A stretch of DNA of 64,000 nucleotides, from positions 18,414,001-18,478,000 of the forward strand of contig JBHGNT010000006.1 of the NCBI GenBank assembly GCA_043228905.1. Direction: 5' to 3'. The translations under genes and the position numbers were made by a program. This document shows, one piece after another, positions 9,986 through 24,600 of this stretch; position 1 is the stretch's first letter, and the number at the start of each line of letters is the position of its first letter. Under the pieces are notes generated by a model. It saw nothing but the letters and a program-made list of their open reading frames with translations. It did not search any database and had not been told where the DNA came from. Origin of the DNA: Azolla caroliniana. Taxonomy: Eukaryota > Plantae > Polypodiophyta.

Positions 9986-12900
9986 CTAGAGGAATGGCTA
10001 GCTCGCTCCCGGTGGAGAAGCTCGAAAGATCCAACTACGCATCTTGGTTAGACATGATGCACCAGTACCTGCCTGGGCATGGCTACTGGAGCTATGTCGA
10101 CGGAGCTAATGACACAACACCTAATGCGGCACACAAGGACTTCCCGGTGTAGGAGCAATCGACAAGCAGAGTGATGTAGTGCTTTGCGTCCAGTGTTAGA
10201 GACCAGCTGCTAAGCCATGTCCGAGATGCCAAGATGCCGAAAGAGGCTTGGGGAAACCTGAAGAAGGTGTTTGCCGCAAGTACTACAGCCCGGAAGCTGC
10301 AACTCCGACAGGAGTTGAGCAATGTCCGACATAAGGACATGTTGGTGGCTGATTACACGGCTTGAATCATAGAGATCTGTGACTCGCTTGCCTCTATCAA
10401 CGTCACTCTAGAGGAAGACGAGATGGTACAGGTCTGTCTTGGGGGCTTGACATCTAAGTTCCGAGCCTTTCGGACAGCAGTATGTACGAGGGAGAATACG
10501 CTGTCGATGCTCCTTGTAGAGGAGAACCACGCCGGTGCATCAACAAGTGCACCCACCGACAATCGGATGCTGTACATGGAGGTGGATCGGCTCCATGGGC
10601 ATGGTGAACGAGGCGGGTCGGCACGCAATGGAGGCGGCCGGCAAGGGCAAGACTGACGGCATAGAGACCGTGCCGACAATAGTTTTGGGACTTCCACAAG
10701 CAGGGGGAGTCAAGGTGGCACTGGAGGCCGACAAGACAAATACGCCACGGAATGTTGGTACTGTGGCAAAAAGGGCCACAGAGAAAGTGAGTGCTGGAAG
10801 AAGTGCGCCGATTCGGACAGATCTGGATCCGGCAAAACCGGTCGGGAGAACCGGCAAAGCTCGCACTACGCACAAGGATCGAGAGGATCTGGAACCGGGA
10901 AGACCGGTAATGGGCCAGCCTTGGTGATGAAACACGAGGCTAACTCGATGAAGAAGACGACTTCCAAATTAGAGAAAGTGTGGTACGTTGATTTCGGTGC
11001 GTCAAATCACATGACAAGCCACAAAGAGTGGTTCTCCTTCTTGGAGAAACCAGAACAACCGGGAGTTGTCGAAACCAGAGACGACACTCCTCACCCAATC
11101 GTGCATTTCGGAGAAGTTCCCTTGAGCCACATCGGACAGAGGGGGAAGCTGATGAACGTATTACACATTCAGACTATCATGAAGAACTTGGTGTTGGTCA
11201 GACTGATTGTCGACTAGGGAATGCAGGTGCGGTTTACGCACCTCGAGTGCTTCATCCAGGAGGAGGGCCCGATTATCGCACAAGGGCGCATAGATGGGAG
11301 GATGTTCATCCTCGACACCAATGACGTTGACACCGCTTTGTTCGCCAAAGGACAGAAGGTCGAATCGGACATCGACCTGTGGCACAAGCGGATCGGCCAT
11401 GTCAATTATTGGCAGCTTCAATACTTGCAAATGAAACAAGTTGTTTTCGGTTTGCTGAAGTTTGGTGGTTGAAAGGCCCAAGTATGTGAAGCCTGCCAAC
11501 TCGGGAAGCAACACCGGCTTCCATTCCCCGCCGAACAAAACCGTAGCCATAACAAGCTCGACCTTATTCATTCAGATGTATGGGGACTGGCACAGAACGT
11601 GAGTCTTGGCGGGAGTCGATACTTCGTCTCCTTCTCAACGACTATAGCCGGCACACATGGATCTACCTCATTGAGCGGAAGAGCGAAGGCTTCGACTATT
11701 TCCAGAACCTCTAGAGCATGGTGGAACGGGAATCGTAGAGGAAGATCAAGTGCCTGCGGTTAGATGGTGGAAAAGAATATTTTTCTGGCCAATTCAACAG
11801 TTATCTGTAGCAAACAGGAATTCGGAGAGAGTTCAGTTGTCGATACACACTGAAGCAAAACGGTGTGGCCAAAAGGAAGAATCGGTCGCTTCTCGACGCA
11901 GCAAGGGCAATGCTGGAAGAGAAGAGCATGCCCCATTTCTACTAGGTGGAGGCGGTCCGGACGGCCGTCTACATCCAAAACTGGATCGGTGACAAGGTGT
12001 TCGCGCATGAGCTGTATTTCGGGTGCAAGCCAAATTTCAGACACTTTCGGATTTTTGGCAACAGAGCATATGTGCATGTGCCGGATGAGAAGCGGAGGAA
12101 ACTGGATGCAAAATCGGAGAAGTGCATCCTCGTCGGCTACTCACATGAGCAAAAGGGGTATAAGTGTTATAACCCCCGGACGAAGTAGGTCCAATTGAGC
12201 CGTGATGTTGAGTTTGATGAGACGGCATCATGGTATGCCCTACTAGCTCTGACTTCTGACCCCGACCCGATACTGGAGGATGAGGCTAGTGAGCCTATGA
12301 TGAATCCGGGACTCAAGAAGAGAGTTTGGAATTGTTTCGGTTGAGTGGGCTGAACGAGAGACCGGGTCAATCCGACCAGTCAGAAGAGGAACTGGCGAGT
12401 AGTGAAGACTCTGTCGTGCTCTCCCCGCGCAAGGAACCGAGGAGACGGTTCACGCGCAAAGAGAAGGGGAAGAAGAATATGCCGGATTATGAAACCGGTA
12501 ATGATGAGTCGGATAAGAGCGGATCCGACTCCGGAAAGGAAAATGACGGTTCTTCGGCACCGAAGACCGAACCGGCCAAGAAGGGCCTCAAACCGGGTAA
12601 CGGTGGGTTACGCCGGTCAACCCGCCAGAAGGAACTTGTTAAGCGGTATGGTTACAATGAGTACATGGCACATCACTATGCGTACATGACCAAGGTAGCG
12701 CAAGTGTGTGAGCCAGAGAGCTTGTAAACGATTACTTGCGGAAGCGGTAGAAAACAGAGAAAGTAGGGAATACACAGAGTATGCGGGAGAGACAGAGAGA
12801 GGAGAACGTAAAAGCTATATTCGAAAACGATATACTTACTCAGTCATTTACAACTGTGCTCAGTAGCACTATTTATACAAGTCCTCGTGGGATTGACAAA

Positions 12901-15900
12901 AGTACCGTGTACTTCAATGCTCACACGAGCTTCTGACACTTACTACGAGACTATAATTGCCTAGTAGTCTAAACTAATACTAGGCTTCCTGTTATTGATT
13001 GGATCCGGCTGACCGGCTCCCCAGTCTGCTCGGTTCCTTGCGCGGACTGGCCAGATTGACTCAGTCTCTCGTTCGGCCCACTCAACCAGAATGATTCTGG
13101 ACTCTCATCATGAGTCCATGCTTCATCATCCTCTACCTGGGCCGGTTCAGGATCACTAGCCTCATCCACTGGCATCCGGTCAGATTCGGATGTCGGAGTC
13201 GGTAAGGAGTACCACGATGCCGATTCATCAAACTTGACATCTCGACTAACTCGGACCTGCTTGGTCTGGGGGTTATAACACTGATAACCCTTTTGCTCTT
13301 GAGCATAGCCGACTAGGATGCATTTTTCCGAATTTACATCCAGCTTCCTCTGCTTCACATTCGGTACATGCACAAATGCAATGCTACTGAAGATCTTAAG
13401 GTGTCTCAAATTCAGCTTCCGCCCGAAATACAACTCGTGAGCTGACACCTTGTCACCAATCCGGTTCTAGATGTAGACAACCGTTCGGACTGCCTCCGCC
13501 TAGTAGAATTTGGGCATGCTCTTCTCCTCCAGCATTGCCCTTGCCGCATCGATAAGCGACCGGTTCTTCCTCTCGGCAACACCGTTCTATTGCGGTGTGT
13601 ATTTGCAGCTGAGCCCTCGCCGAATTCCTGTTTGCTGCAGATAAATGTTGAATTGGCCGGAAAAGTATTCTTTCCCGCCATCCAACCGCAGGCATTTGAT
13701 CATCCTCTTTGATTCCCGTTCCACCATGCTTTGGAGACTCCGGAAACACTCAAAGACTTCACTCTTACACTCAATGAGGTAGATCCATGTGTGTCGCGTA
13801 TAGTCGTCGATGAAGGAGACGATTTATCGACTCCCGCCAAAACTAACACTCTGTGCCGGTCCCCACACATCCGAATGGATTAGTTCGATCTTGTTACAAC
13901 TCCGGCTACGTTCGGTAGGGAATGGAAGCCGGTGTTGCTTCCCGAGTTGGCAGGCTTCACATACTTGGGCCTTCAGGTCTTGAAGCCTCCGGTAATTGAC
14001 GTGGCCTATCCGCTTGTGCCACAGGTCGATGTTCGATTCGACCTTCTGTCCTTTTGCAAACAGAGCGGTGTCGATGTCATTGGTGTCGAGGATAAACATC
14101 CTCCCATCGCTGCGCCCTTGCACAATAATCTGGCCCTCTTCCTCGATGAAGCACTCGAGGTGCGTAAACCGCACCTGCATCCCCTGGTCGACGATCTGTC
14201 CGACCGACACCAAGTTCTTTGTGATTGTCGGAACGTGTAATATGTTCATCAGCTTCCCCTTCTATCCGACGTGGCTCAAAGGGACTTCTCTGACGTGCAC
14301 GATTGGTTGAGGAGTATCGTCTCCGGTTTCGACTACTCCTGGTTGATCCAGTTTTTCCAAAAAGGAGAACCACTCTTTGTGGCTTGTCATGTGGTTCGAC
14401 GCACCATAGTCAAGATACCACACTTCCTCCGATTTGGAAGTGATCCTCTTCATCGAGTTCGCCTCGTGCTTCATCTCCAAGGCTGGCCCGTTACCGTTCT
14501 TGGATCCTCCCGATCCCTTCGCGTAGTGCGAGCTTTGCCGGCCTTGCCGGATCCGGATTTGTCTGTATCGGCGCGTTTTCTCCAGCACTCGCTTTCTCTG
14601 TGAACCTTTTTGCCACAGTACTAGCATTTCGTTGTAGACTTCTCTTGCCATCTTCCGGTGTCGCCATGACTCCCCCTTGCCTGTGGAAGTCCCGGAACTG
14701 CTGTCGGCACGTTCTCTGTGCCTTTGTTCTTGCTCTTGCCGGACGCCTCCATTGCGTGCCGACCCGCCTCGTCCACCACGCCCACGGGACCGATCCGCCT
14801 CCGTGTACAACATCCGGCTGTCAGTGTGTGCGCTAGTTGACGCACCGGCGTGGTTCTCCACTACAAGGAGCATCGACTGTAAGTCGAAAAATGACGGCGT
14901 ATTCTCCCTTGTACACACCGCCGTTCGGAACGCTCTGAACTTCGACGTCAGGCCCCCAAGACAAACCTGTACCATCTTTTCTTCCTCTACGGTAACGTTG
15001 ATAGAGGCAAGCGAGTCACATATCTCTTTGATCCAGGCCGTGTAATCTGCCACCGACATGTCCTTCTATCGGACATTGCTCAACTCCTGTCGGAGTTGCA
15101 CCTTCCGGGCTGTTGTGCTCACAGTGAATACCTTCTTCAGGTTCCCCAAGCCTCCTTCGGCGACTTGGTGTCTCGGATGTGGCTCAGCAGCTGGTCTCCG
15201 ACACTAGACGCGAAGCAGTACATCACTCTGCTTGCCTATTGTTCCCACACTAGGAAGTCCTTATGTGCCGCATCAGGTGCTGTTTCGTTGGTTCCTTCGA
15301 CGAAACTCCAGTAGCCATGCCCAAGGAGGTACTGGTGCATCTTATACACCAAGATGCATAGTTGGATCTGTCGAGTTTCTCCGCAAGGAGCGAGCTAGGC
15401 ATCCCTCTATCCATCACTTCTCTGTCTCCTGTTTTACGACCTGTTAGGGTTTGCTTTCAGGCGTTTGTCGGCTGCAAAGGAGGTTCTCAACCCTCGCGCT
15501 CTGATACCATGTAAACAATTACTTGTGGAAGCGTTACAAAACAAAGAAAGTAAGGAATACACAGAGTAGGCGGGAGAGAAAGAGAGAGCAGAACGTAAAA
15601 GCTATATTAAAAAAGGATATAATTACTTTGTCATTTACAACTATGCTCAGTAGCACTATTTATACAAGTCCTCGTGGGACTGACAGAAGTACCACGTACT
15701 TCAATGCTCACACAAGCTTCTGACACTTACTACGAGACTATAATTGCATAATAGTCTAAACTAATACTAGGCTTCCGATTACCGATTGGATACGGCCAAC
15801 CGGCTCCCCAGCTCACCGGCTCTGTTGCTTGCCAGCTCGGTTGCTCATGGCTTACCGATCCGTCTCACTTGCCGGGTCAGGCTTATCCAGCCGATCCGGC

Positions 15901-18210
15901 TCTAGTTGAGCTTGCCGCTCAACAGAGCTACGCAGAAGCGACAAAGGACGCACATTGGCGTGCCACTATGGAGGAAGAGATGCGGGCACTTGATGCCAAC
16001 GATACATGGGACCTGGTTGACCCTCCCTGTCACAGTAAATCGATCGGATGCAAGTGGGTGTACAAGGTAAAGGACAACTCCGACGGTTCAATTAACCAGT
16101 ACAAGGCCCGGTTAGTGGCGAAGGGATACACACAGACCCACGGAATCGACTCTTCGTTGTTCATCAAACAATGTCTGGATGGTTCGGTTTGCATCTTGTT
16201 GTACGTTGATGATCTGGTCATCACCGGACCCGGACTCGATGAAATCAGCCGAGTCAAGTCCCAGTTGTCGGATGCGTTTGAGATGAAGAACCAGGGGAAC
16301 CTTCACTATTTCCTTGGGATCGAGGTGATCCGAACCCCCGACGACATATTGCTCTCACAAAGGCACTATGTGTTGAATATGTTGTACAACTTCGGCATGA
16401 CGGAATGCCGAACTATCTCTACTCCCCTGGACCGGAACCAAAAGCTCTGTTCCGACTCTGGACTGGCCTACGATGAGAAACTGTTCCGAAAAATTGTCGA
16501 AAGCCTTATATATTTTACCATCACCCAACTCGACATAAGCTATCCGGTTGGTGTGATTAGCCAATTCATGCAGAAGCCGACTATAGAGCATCTTCAGTGC
16601 GCACACTGAATACTACGGTATGTGAGTGGCACAAAGGACCAGGGACTGTTATACCGGCGAGGTATAACTAAAGAGCTCGTCGGTTACACAAATGCCGACT
16701 GGGCCGGCGATGTATCAGATCGCCGATCAACCTCTGGTTATATGTTTTCCCTAGGTAGCGTGGCTGTTGCGTGGAGCAGGAAAAGGCAGCCAACAGTTCC
16801 TCTGTCGAGCACTGAGGCTGAGTATCGGGGCGCTACTGTTGCCACCAGTGAAGCCATTTGGCTTCGGTGACTGCTGCAAGACCTACGGATCGAGGTACCA
16901 ACCCCGATTCTGATCTACTGCGACAACATAAGCAGCATGTAGCTCGCCAAGAACCCCGTATTCCATGCTCGCACAAAGCACATAGAAGTGCACTATCACT
17001 TCGTGCGTGAGTGTGTTCTGAGCGGTGAGGTCGAACTTCGGTATGTTCACACGGATCGACAAGTTTCCGACATCTTCACCAAACCCCTCAGATCGGACAA
17101 GTTGCAGCACTTCACCGAAATGCTTCGTGTTCAGCATCTCGACGTGCCACACTTGAGTGGGAGAACGGGCAAAGACACCAGAACGAGCAAAGGCAAAGAG
17201 ACTGCCGATTGCACCGGTGAGGGAAGAACCGACGAAGGGTGAGTCAAGAAGAAGAAAGGAGCAGAGTCGACAAAGGAAGTTGACACATTCAAACAAGTCA
17301 GAACAAGCGGCAGCGGCGGCCGAGTCAAGAAGGATAGAGCCGCCTGGAAGAAGAAGGCCAAGACCCGGACATGGTCCGATGTGGTGAAGGGCATGGAACC
17401 AGAAGACGAATCGGGAGCAACCGATTCGGACAAGAGCTGGAACAAATTGGAGACAATCGATTCGGTTCAACAAATAATTTCGAAAGAACCGGATCAATTC
17501 AAGGCCAAGAGGATGAGAAGGCAGTGAAAGTCGACGCCAACACGAAGGAATCGGCGGGTCGACAAGCGCCGAAGTCACAACAGAGAGGGAGCTAAATTGG
17601 GCCTGTTGAGCAGACAAGTCGACCGAGGAGGTGGAGGTGCGCAGAACAAGACGGGTCGCGACATACAGAACCAGACCGGACGAGGAGCGCGAGCAAGGCT
17701 GAGTGACGCTAGAAGGAGCCAGGCAGAAGGACCGGTTGCCACAGATGTTGACACTACGACCAGACCTCAACTTGAGCTTGAGGGGGAGTGTTGAGCGGCA
17801 AGTTCAATTGGAGCCAGATTGGCTGGATAAGCTTGAGCCGATGAGCGAGATGGATCGGTGAGCCGGTGAGCACCCGGTGAGCAAAAGAGTGGGTGAGCTA
17901 GGGAGCCGGTTAGCCGGATCCATCAGTAACCGAAAGCCTAGTAGCAGCTAGACTACTAGGGAGTTATTACTCTTGTAGTTAGTGTAAGACCCTCGAGTCA
18001 GCATTGAAGTACACCGTACTTTTGTCAGTCTATAGGGACTTGTATAATAGTGTTTGCTAAACACATACGATGTACAAAGTGTTGATATAATTTTTGAATA
18101 GAGATTCTTGTTCTGCTCTCTTTGTCTCTCTTGCGTATTGTTAAGCTCTCCATTAAACCTGTTCCCTGTTTTCTGTTTTTTATTGCTTCCGCACGCTATC
18201 TGTTTTTACA
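9986..18210 (+). mobile_element. Copia family C element inserted in the RT of the family B element; 5' LTR and PBS deleted; 3' LTR 17789-18210
   Basis: gag start MASSLPVEKLERSNYASW at 9994; PR and INT to 12722; RT, RH and tail 15925-17788; PPT then TGTTGAGCGG...TTTACA. Confidence 0.88.
12723..15924 (-). mobile_element. Internally deleted copia with family C-type LTRs (5' LTR 15510-15924, PBS 15498-15509, gag-PR-INT, partial 3' LTR 12723-~13035)
   Basis: Perfect TSD GAGCT at 12718-12722 and 15925-15929 splitting the host EPESY codons; RT and RH absent. Confidence 0.92.
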
Positions 18211-21200
18211 GGGGGGTTGTACCATGTATGCCTATTCCTCAAGCTCGCCTTGTAGGAATGCATTGTTGACATCCATCTGATGTAAATGCCACCCCTTTGC
18301 CGCAGCTACCACAAGCAAAACACGGACGGTCGTCATCTTTGCGACCGCCGCAAACGTCTCATCGTAGTCGATGCTGTGTTGCTACGGATAACCTTTCGCT
18401 ACTAACCGGGCCTTGTATTAGGTGACTGAGCTGTCAGTGTTGTACTTGACCTTGTACACCCACCTACATCCGATCGGCTTCACACCCTTCGGTGCGTCAA
18501 CTAGGTCCCAGGTTTCATTCTCCGCCAATGCGCGCATCTCTTCCTCCATTGCGGCACACCAATTCACGTCCTTCGCCGCTTCTGCGTAGCTCTCCGGCTG
18601 ACGCACTTCCACCACTTGTGTCATGTATGCATAGTGATGCGCCATGTACTCGTTCTAACCGAAACACATAACAGGGTTCTTTTGGTGGGTAGATTGGCGT
18701 AACTGTGCATTAGCTAATGTTGAAGCTTTCTTGGCTGACGCGGACTTCGCTCTCGAAGGCCCGTCATCGCTCTTTTCGGAGTCGGATTCGCGTCAATCCC
18801 ACTCGCCCTTATCCGTGCCGTACTCCGGCATCTTCTTTTTCCCTTTTTCCTTGCGCATAAACCGCCTCCTCGGCTTCCTGCAAGGGGAATGCACGGCCGA
18901 GTCTCCACTACTCGCTAACTCTTCTTTGGACTGGTCAAACCGACTCGGTCTTCCATTCGGTCCACTTAACCGAAACGAGATCGGAGTCTCTTCGAGGGTC
19001 CAAATTTCACCCTCATCTGGAGGCACTTCAACCTCGCTGACCTCATCGTTAGAGCTCAGATTGGAGTTGAGGTCCGGAGTCGGAGGCAAGTACCAAGACA
19101 CGGAATCGTCAAACACAACATCGCGGCTCACGCGAGCTTGTTTGGTTCGGGGGTTATAACTCTTATAACCCTTCTGTTCAACTGAATAGCCAACCAAGAT
19201 ACACTTCTCGGCTTTCGCGTCCAACTTCCTCTGTTTCTCCTTCGGCACATGCACATACGCAATGCTACCAAAGACTCTCAAGTGTCGTAGTTTCGGCTTT
19301 CTTCCGAAATTCAGCTCATGCGCCGACACTCTGTCTCCGATCCGATTCTGGATGTACACCGCGGTTCGTACCGCCTCGGCCCAATAGAACTTGGGCAAGA
19401 TCTTTCCTTCTAGCATTGCCCGCGCCGCTTCCACTATTGACCGATTCTTCCTTCCGTCCACGCCGTTTTGTTCCGGCGTATATCTGCAATTGAATTCGCG
19501 CCGAATTCCCATCTGTTGCAGATACCCGTTGAATTGACCGGAAAAGTACTCTTTTCCGCCATCCGACTATAGGCACTTGATCTTTCTCCATGTTCCCCTT
19601 TCTACGAAGCTTTTGAGGTCTTGAAAACAATCGAAGACTTCACTCTTCTTTTCAATGAGGTAGATCCACGTGTGCCGCGTATAGTCGTCGATGAAGGAGA
19701 CGAAATATCGACTCCTGCCAAGACTAACGTTTTGTGCCAAACCCCATACATCGGAATGTATCAAGTCGAGCTTGTTCCATCTCCGGTTACGCTCGTTAGG
19801 GAAAGAAAGTCGGTGTTGCTTCCCTAACTGGCAGGCCTCACAAATTTGGGCAATCCAAACACAACTTGTTTCGATTGCAGGTCCTGAAGCTGTTGATAGT
19901 TGACGTGGCCTATCCGCTTGTGCCATAAGTCGATATTTGACTCGACTTTTTGTCCTTTCGCGAACATTGCGGTGCCACCGTCACTAGAGTCGAGGATAAA
20001 CATCCTCCCGTCTCTACACCCTTGCGCAATAACTCGGCCTTCTTCCTCGATGAAGCACCCAAGATGCGTGAACCAGACTTGCATCCCTTCGTTGATGATC
20101 TGCCCGACCGACACCAGATTCTTCGTGATTGTCGGGACGGGTAACATGTTCATGAGTTTCCCTTTTTGCTCGACATGGCTCAGGGGAACTTAACTGACAT
20201 TCTCGATCGGATGCAGAGTGTCGTCTCCTGTTGCGACTAGTCCTGGTTGCATCGGTTTCTCAAGGTATGAGAACCACTCCTTATGGCTCGTCATGTGGTT
20301 TGACTGGTCCAATTTTGGGGTGGTCATCTTCATCGAGTTCTCCTTGTCTCTCATCACGAAGGCAACCCCCTTTCCGCCTTTTTCGGATCCTTTGGCGTAG
20401 TGCGATCGCTGCTGATTTCCTTTGTCGGTTTTTCCGGATCCGGATCTGGTTTTCTCTGAATCGAGGCGCATCTTCTAGCACTCACTCTCCTTGTGGCCTT
20501 TCTTGCCACTATACCAACATTCCGCGACGGGTTTCCCTTGCTGGTTTTCGTTGCCTCGACTCCCCCTGTTTCCGGAGGGTCCCGAAGTGCATTCTTCCTT
20601 GATCCCGTCGGCCGCCTCCATTGCGCACCGACTCGCCTCGTCTGCGATGACCACGGAGCCTATCTCCCTCCGTGTACATCATCTTGCTATCGGAGTGTGT
20701 ACTCGACGATGCACCCGCGTGGTTCTCCTCTATAAGGATCATCGACTGTAGGTCGAAAAACGATGGCGTATTCTCCCGTGTGCACACAGCAGTTCGGAAT
20801 GCTTCAAACTTCAACCCTAGTCCCCTGAGACAGATCTGCACCATCTCGTCTTCATCGACGTTCACATTGATGGAGGATAAGGAATCGCATATATCTTTCA
20901 TTGATCTTCAAGGTGTAATCAGCCACCAACTAATCGCGTTGTCGCAAGTTTCTCAACTCCTATTGGTGTTAGAGCTTTCAGGCTAAGGTGCTTGCGGCGA
21001 AAATCTTTTTTATATTTACCCAAGCATCGTTCGGCATTTTCGCATCCCGAATATAGTTCAGAAGCTATTCGCCCACACAAGACGTGAAACAGTATAGAAC
21101 TCTGCTCGCCGACTGTTCCCAAGCCGGGAAGTCTTTGTGTGTCGAATCGGGTGTTGTGTCATTTGCTCCGTCGACATAGCTCCAATATCCATGCCTGAGT

Positions 21201-21663
21201 AGGTACTAGTGCATCTTCTAAGACCAAGACGCGTAGTTGTTTCTGTCGAGCTTCTCTGTTGGAAGCGAGCTAGCCATGCCTCTATCCATTTTTGTTTTTC
21301 CTGTTCTTTACGAAGGTTAGGTTTTCTTCTTTGAGCTAAGGTCGACTGCAGAGGTTCTCAACCCTCGTGCTCTGATACCATGTGAAAAGGATAACGCGCG
21401 GAAGCAATAGAAAACCGAACACAGAAATGCAGGTTTAATGGAGAGCTTGAATATACACAGTACGCGGGAGAGACAGAGACAAAGAGTGCACACAACCTCA
21501 ATTAAAAAATAATACTCAATCTATACATAGGATGTGCTCAGTGAGCACTTTTATACAAGTCCATACGGATTGACAGAAGTACTGACACGTACTTCAATGC
21601 TCATAAGTGAGCTTTACACTAACTACCAAAAATATATTCCTACACGGAATATCTTTCCAACGG

Positions 21664-24600
21664 TGTCGCGTTGTTACGCGCGTGCGTGGAGAAATGAGGC
21701 GGGACCACCGGGGTCTTGGACCGAAGAGCAGGTGATAGGAGGGGAAAGATAAAGAGAGAGACGACCGGTAACGTATGAGTAAAGAAACACAGGGACACGG
21801 CCCGTCAACGCAGAAAACACGAATGGACGCAGAGATAGAGAGACACGAATGTTTGTATATTATCAAATGACACAAAACAACAGAGCACGCGAGCGGTTAC
21901 AACCGAATAGGCCGGCGAATAGATGCCAATGCCTGTTCGTCTGCGCACGAAAGGGGATAGGATGGAGGTGCTGCCGGAAGCACACGGGCATTCCTCGAAG
22001 CAGTGCGAGCCTCCCAAAATTCTGCAGAGAAGAGCGATGGAGAATGAACAGAGGAGAAGCGTTCGGTTACGGTTCGACAACACTTCGTCGAATTAATGCG
22101 CGATCCCCTTCTCCCCGCGTCTCCCTCTCTTTTATAGCTTCAGGAAGGGAGCCGTCTCCCCCATTTACTTCCTACCTACCGAATCTAACTACCCCGGATA
22201 TGCCTATGTACCTAATTCCCTATTATATACATTAAAGGGCGCGCACGCGTGAAGAGCCGGTTTACGCGCTCTATGCACCGATTGCGCTAAGGGACGGTTT
22301 TCTTCACGACATCCGCCCCCACCTAACCGCGCATCCACCGGTATGTGCCAAAATTGTGCTCTGGTTGGAGAAAACCGGTCCGAGTTCCGGTTCTTCGTCC
22401 ATCAGTTCGTCCTCCATTTCGGACTGTTCATTGTCGCTGTCCAGGCCTCTTAGATCCGGTTCGCCGTCGTGGTGCTTCTTGAACGCTTTGATCCTCTTCC
22501 CTGCTACCGGTATCGCCATCCTCGTATCGTCGAGTTCCGCCAGGTGATACGTCCCGTTGTCGTTGGCGCTCGTTAGCACGTAAGGCCCGAACCACCGCTT
22601 TGCAAACTTCCGTGTTGCCCGGTGCTGGTTGTCGAGGCTGCTGTCGTAGACTAGCACCCAGTCGCCTTCCTCGATTTTCTTTGGCTAGAGCCGGTGCCTT
22701 CGGTCAAACCGGGCTTTGCTCTTCATCCTCGCCGTCTGAAGTCTCTCCGCCGCTCGTTCCATGTCCTCTGGCCTCCGCTCGAGCTGCCGTATACGCGCCG
22801 CTAGCAGTTCTTCCCGGCTCATCTCGTCTCTCCAGTCCACTATCGCCCAAGAGGAGATCGTCCGCTCCATCGGCATGATTGGCTTCTATCCGAACATGAG
22901 CTCTGACGGCATGAACCCGGTTACCGAACTGTGTGTTTTCCTGTCCACCCACAAGGCATAAGGTAACAGTCGTGACCAGTTCCCGACCTGGCCTCCGCAT
23001 GCCCGGACTAGCGCTTTGACGATCGGCCCGTGTCCGCGCTCCAACTTCCCGTTCGCCTCCGGATTGTACGCTGTGGTGAGCAAGAGCTTGACCCCTAACC
23101 GGTCGAACAGCTCCTCGGCCTCTTCGGCATCCAACTCCCTGTGGTCAGCCATGATCTTCCCGACGCACCCGTACCGGCATATCACGTCCTCGATCAGGAA
23201 CTGACACACGACCGCGGTCGTTTTGTTCTGCAGGGCTCGGCCTTCCACCTGGTTCATCAGGTCCTCCTGGGCCAGCACCAGATATCACATTTGCCCTACG
23301 CCCATCAGCATCGTCACCAAATCTACCATCCATTTGAAGTGGATGGCCGGAGGGTATGTAGGGTGAAGCTCATCCCGATGTCGGACTATGGAGTGTATCT
23401 GACAACTCTCACAAGTTGTCACGAACGGATGCACGTCTCGGTACAGTCTCGGCCACCAGTACTTCCCCTTTAGTTTCTCGAACGTGGCCCACGTCCCACA
23501 GTGTCCAGCCCAGGGGCTGTCGTGGTAGGCTTTCAGCAACTCCTCCTGTTCCTCCTTCATCGCCACTACTCGGAGCGGGATGCCGTTTCTCTTCTTCGGG
23601 TGCTTCCACAAGTAGCCGTTCCAGAGAAAGAATCGGTACGCTTTCTTCCGGATCCGGTTAGCCTCGTCCCTTGTCCATGACGCGCCCGGCGTCATCGTCC
23701 TTAAGAATCCTCCAATCTGCAGCCACTCCCCATTGTACTTGCTCTCGTCGAAATCGTTAAGCGCCGGAGTGCTCCCTCCCTTAGTTGTTACGTAGGCCGC
23801 CTCGAAGAAGTCTACGCCAAATTCCTCGTCTTCCGAAACCATGCCGCCCTCGTCGTCGAATCGCACCCTCGAAATCATGTCGGCCATGGCATTATCTTTC
23901 CCGGAAATGTGTCGTATTTCCGGATCCAGGGACTTGATGTACGCTATCCACCTGAGCATTGCTAGGTCCGGGGTTGCGCATCCGAAAACCATGCCGAGAA
24001 TCGGCAGGCAGTCCGTCTCGATAATCACCTCTGTCCCGATCAGATAGTCTTTATCGGCCTTTACCGCCGAAACGATACCCCAGAGTTCGCGTTTAACCTG
24101 GGCGTATCCTTGTTGTCGCTCGCTGAGGACCTTCGCGCCGAACCGGATTGGGAACCGAATACCGTCCTCATCTTCTTGGTTGACGACCCATCCGATCCCG
24201 GTCGGACTTGTATCTACCGTTATGTAGATGGGGTTGCCTTTCTCGTAGACAGCCTTCTGGAGTGCCAGAGCTGCAACAAGAGCCTCCTTCATCTTTCGGA
24301 CCGACTCCGTATGCTCGACTCGCCACTCGAATTTTCGCCCCTTTTTCAGCAACCCGTATAGTGGCTCTGCAACGTGGGCATAATACGGGATCCATATGTG
24401 GTAGAACGCGCATGCTCCCAAGAACCTCCATACCTCCGTGACCGAGTTACAGTCGGGCTTCATTGCGGAGATGGCTTTCACCTTAGCCGGAGACGGTTTC
24501 CGTCCATACGGTCTGCATAGATGTCCGACGACCATGATCTCTGATTGCCCGAAGGACGATTTCTCCCCGGAGAAGGTGAGCCTCACGTCCTCTAGCCTCT

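Larger units (their letters stand above)
8118..21663 (-). mobile_element. Decayed copia family B element hosting nested insertions (3' LTR 8118-8538, internal 8539-9985 and 18211-21368, PBS 21369-21380, 5' LTR 21381-21663 cut by gypsy)
   Basis: LTRs share TGTGAAAAGGATAACG; PPT complement CTCCCCCTCA at 8539; GCTCTGATACCA at 21369; RT continues across the 9985/18211 break at the QPPG codons. Confidence 0.88.

Noticed and set aside
16883-17770. 295-aa antisense ORF over the copia tail
   Set aside because: Not kept open at comparable length in the other copies; a purine-rich sense strand gives few antisense stops
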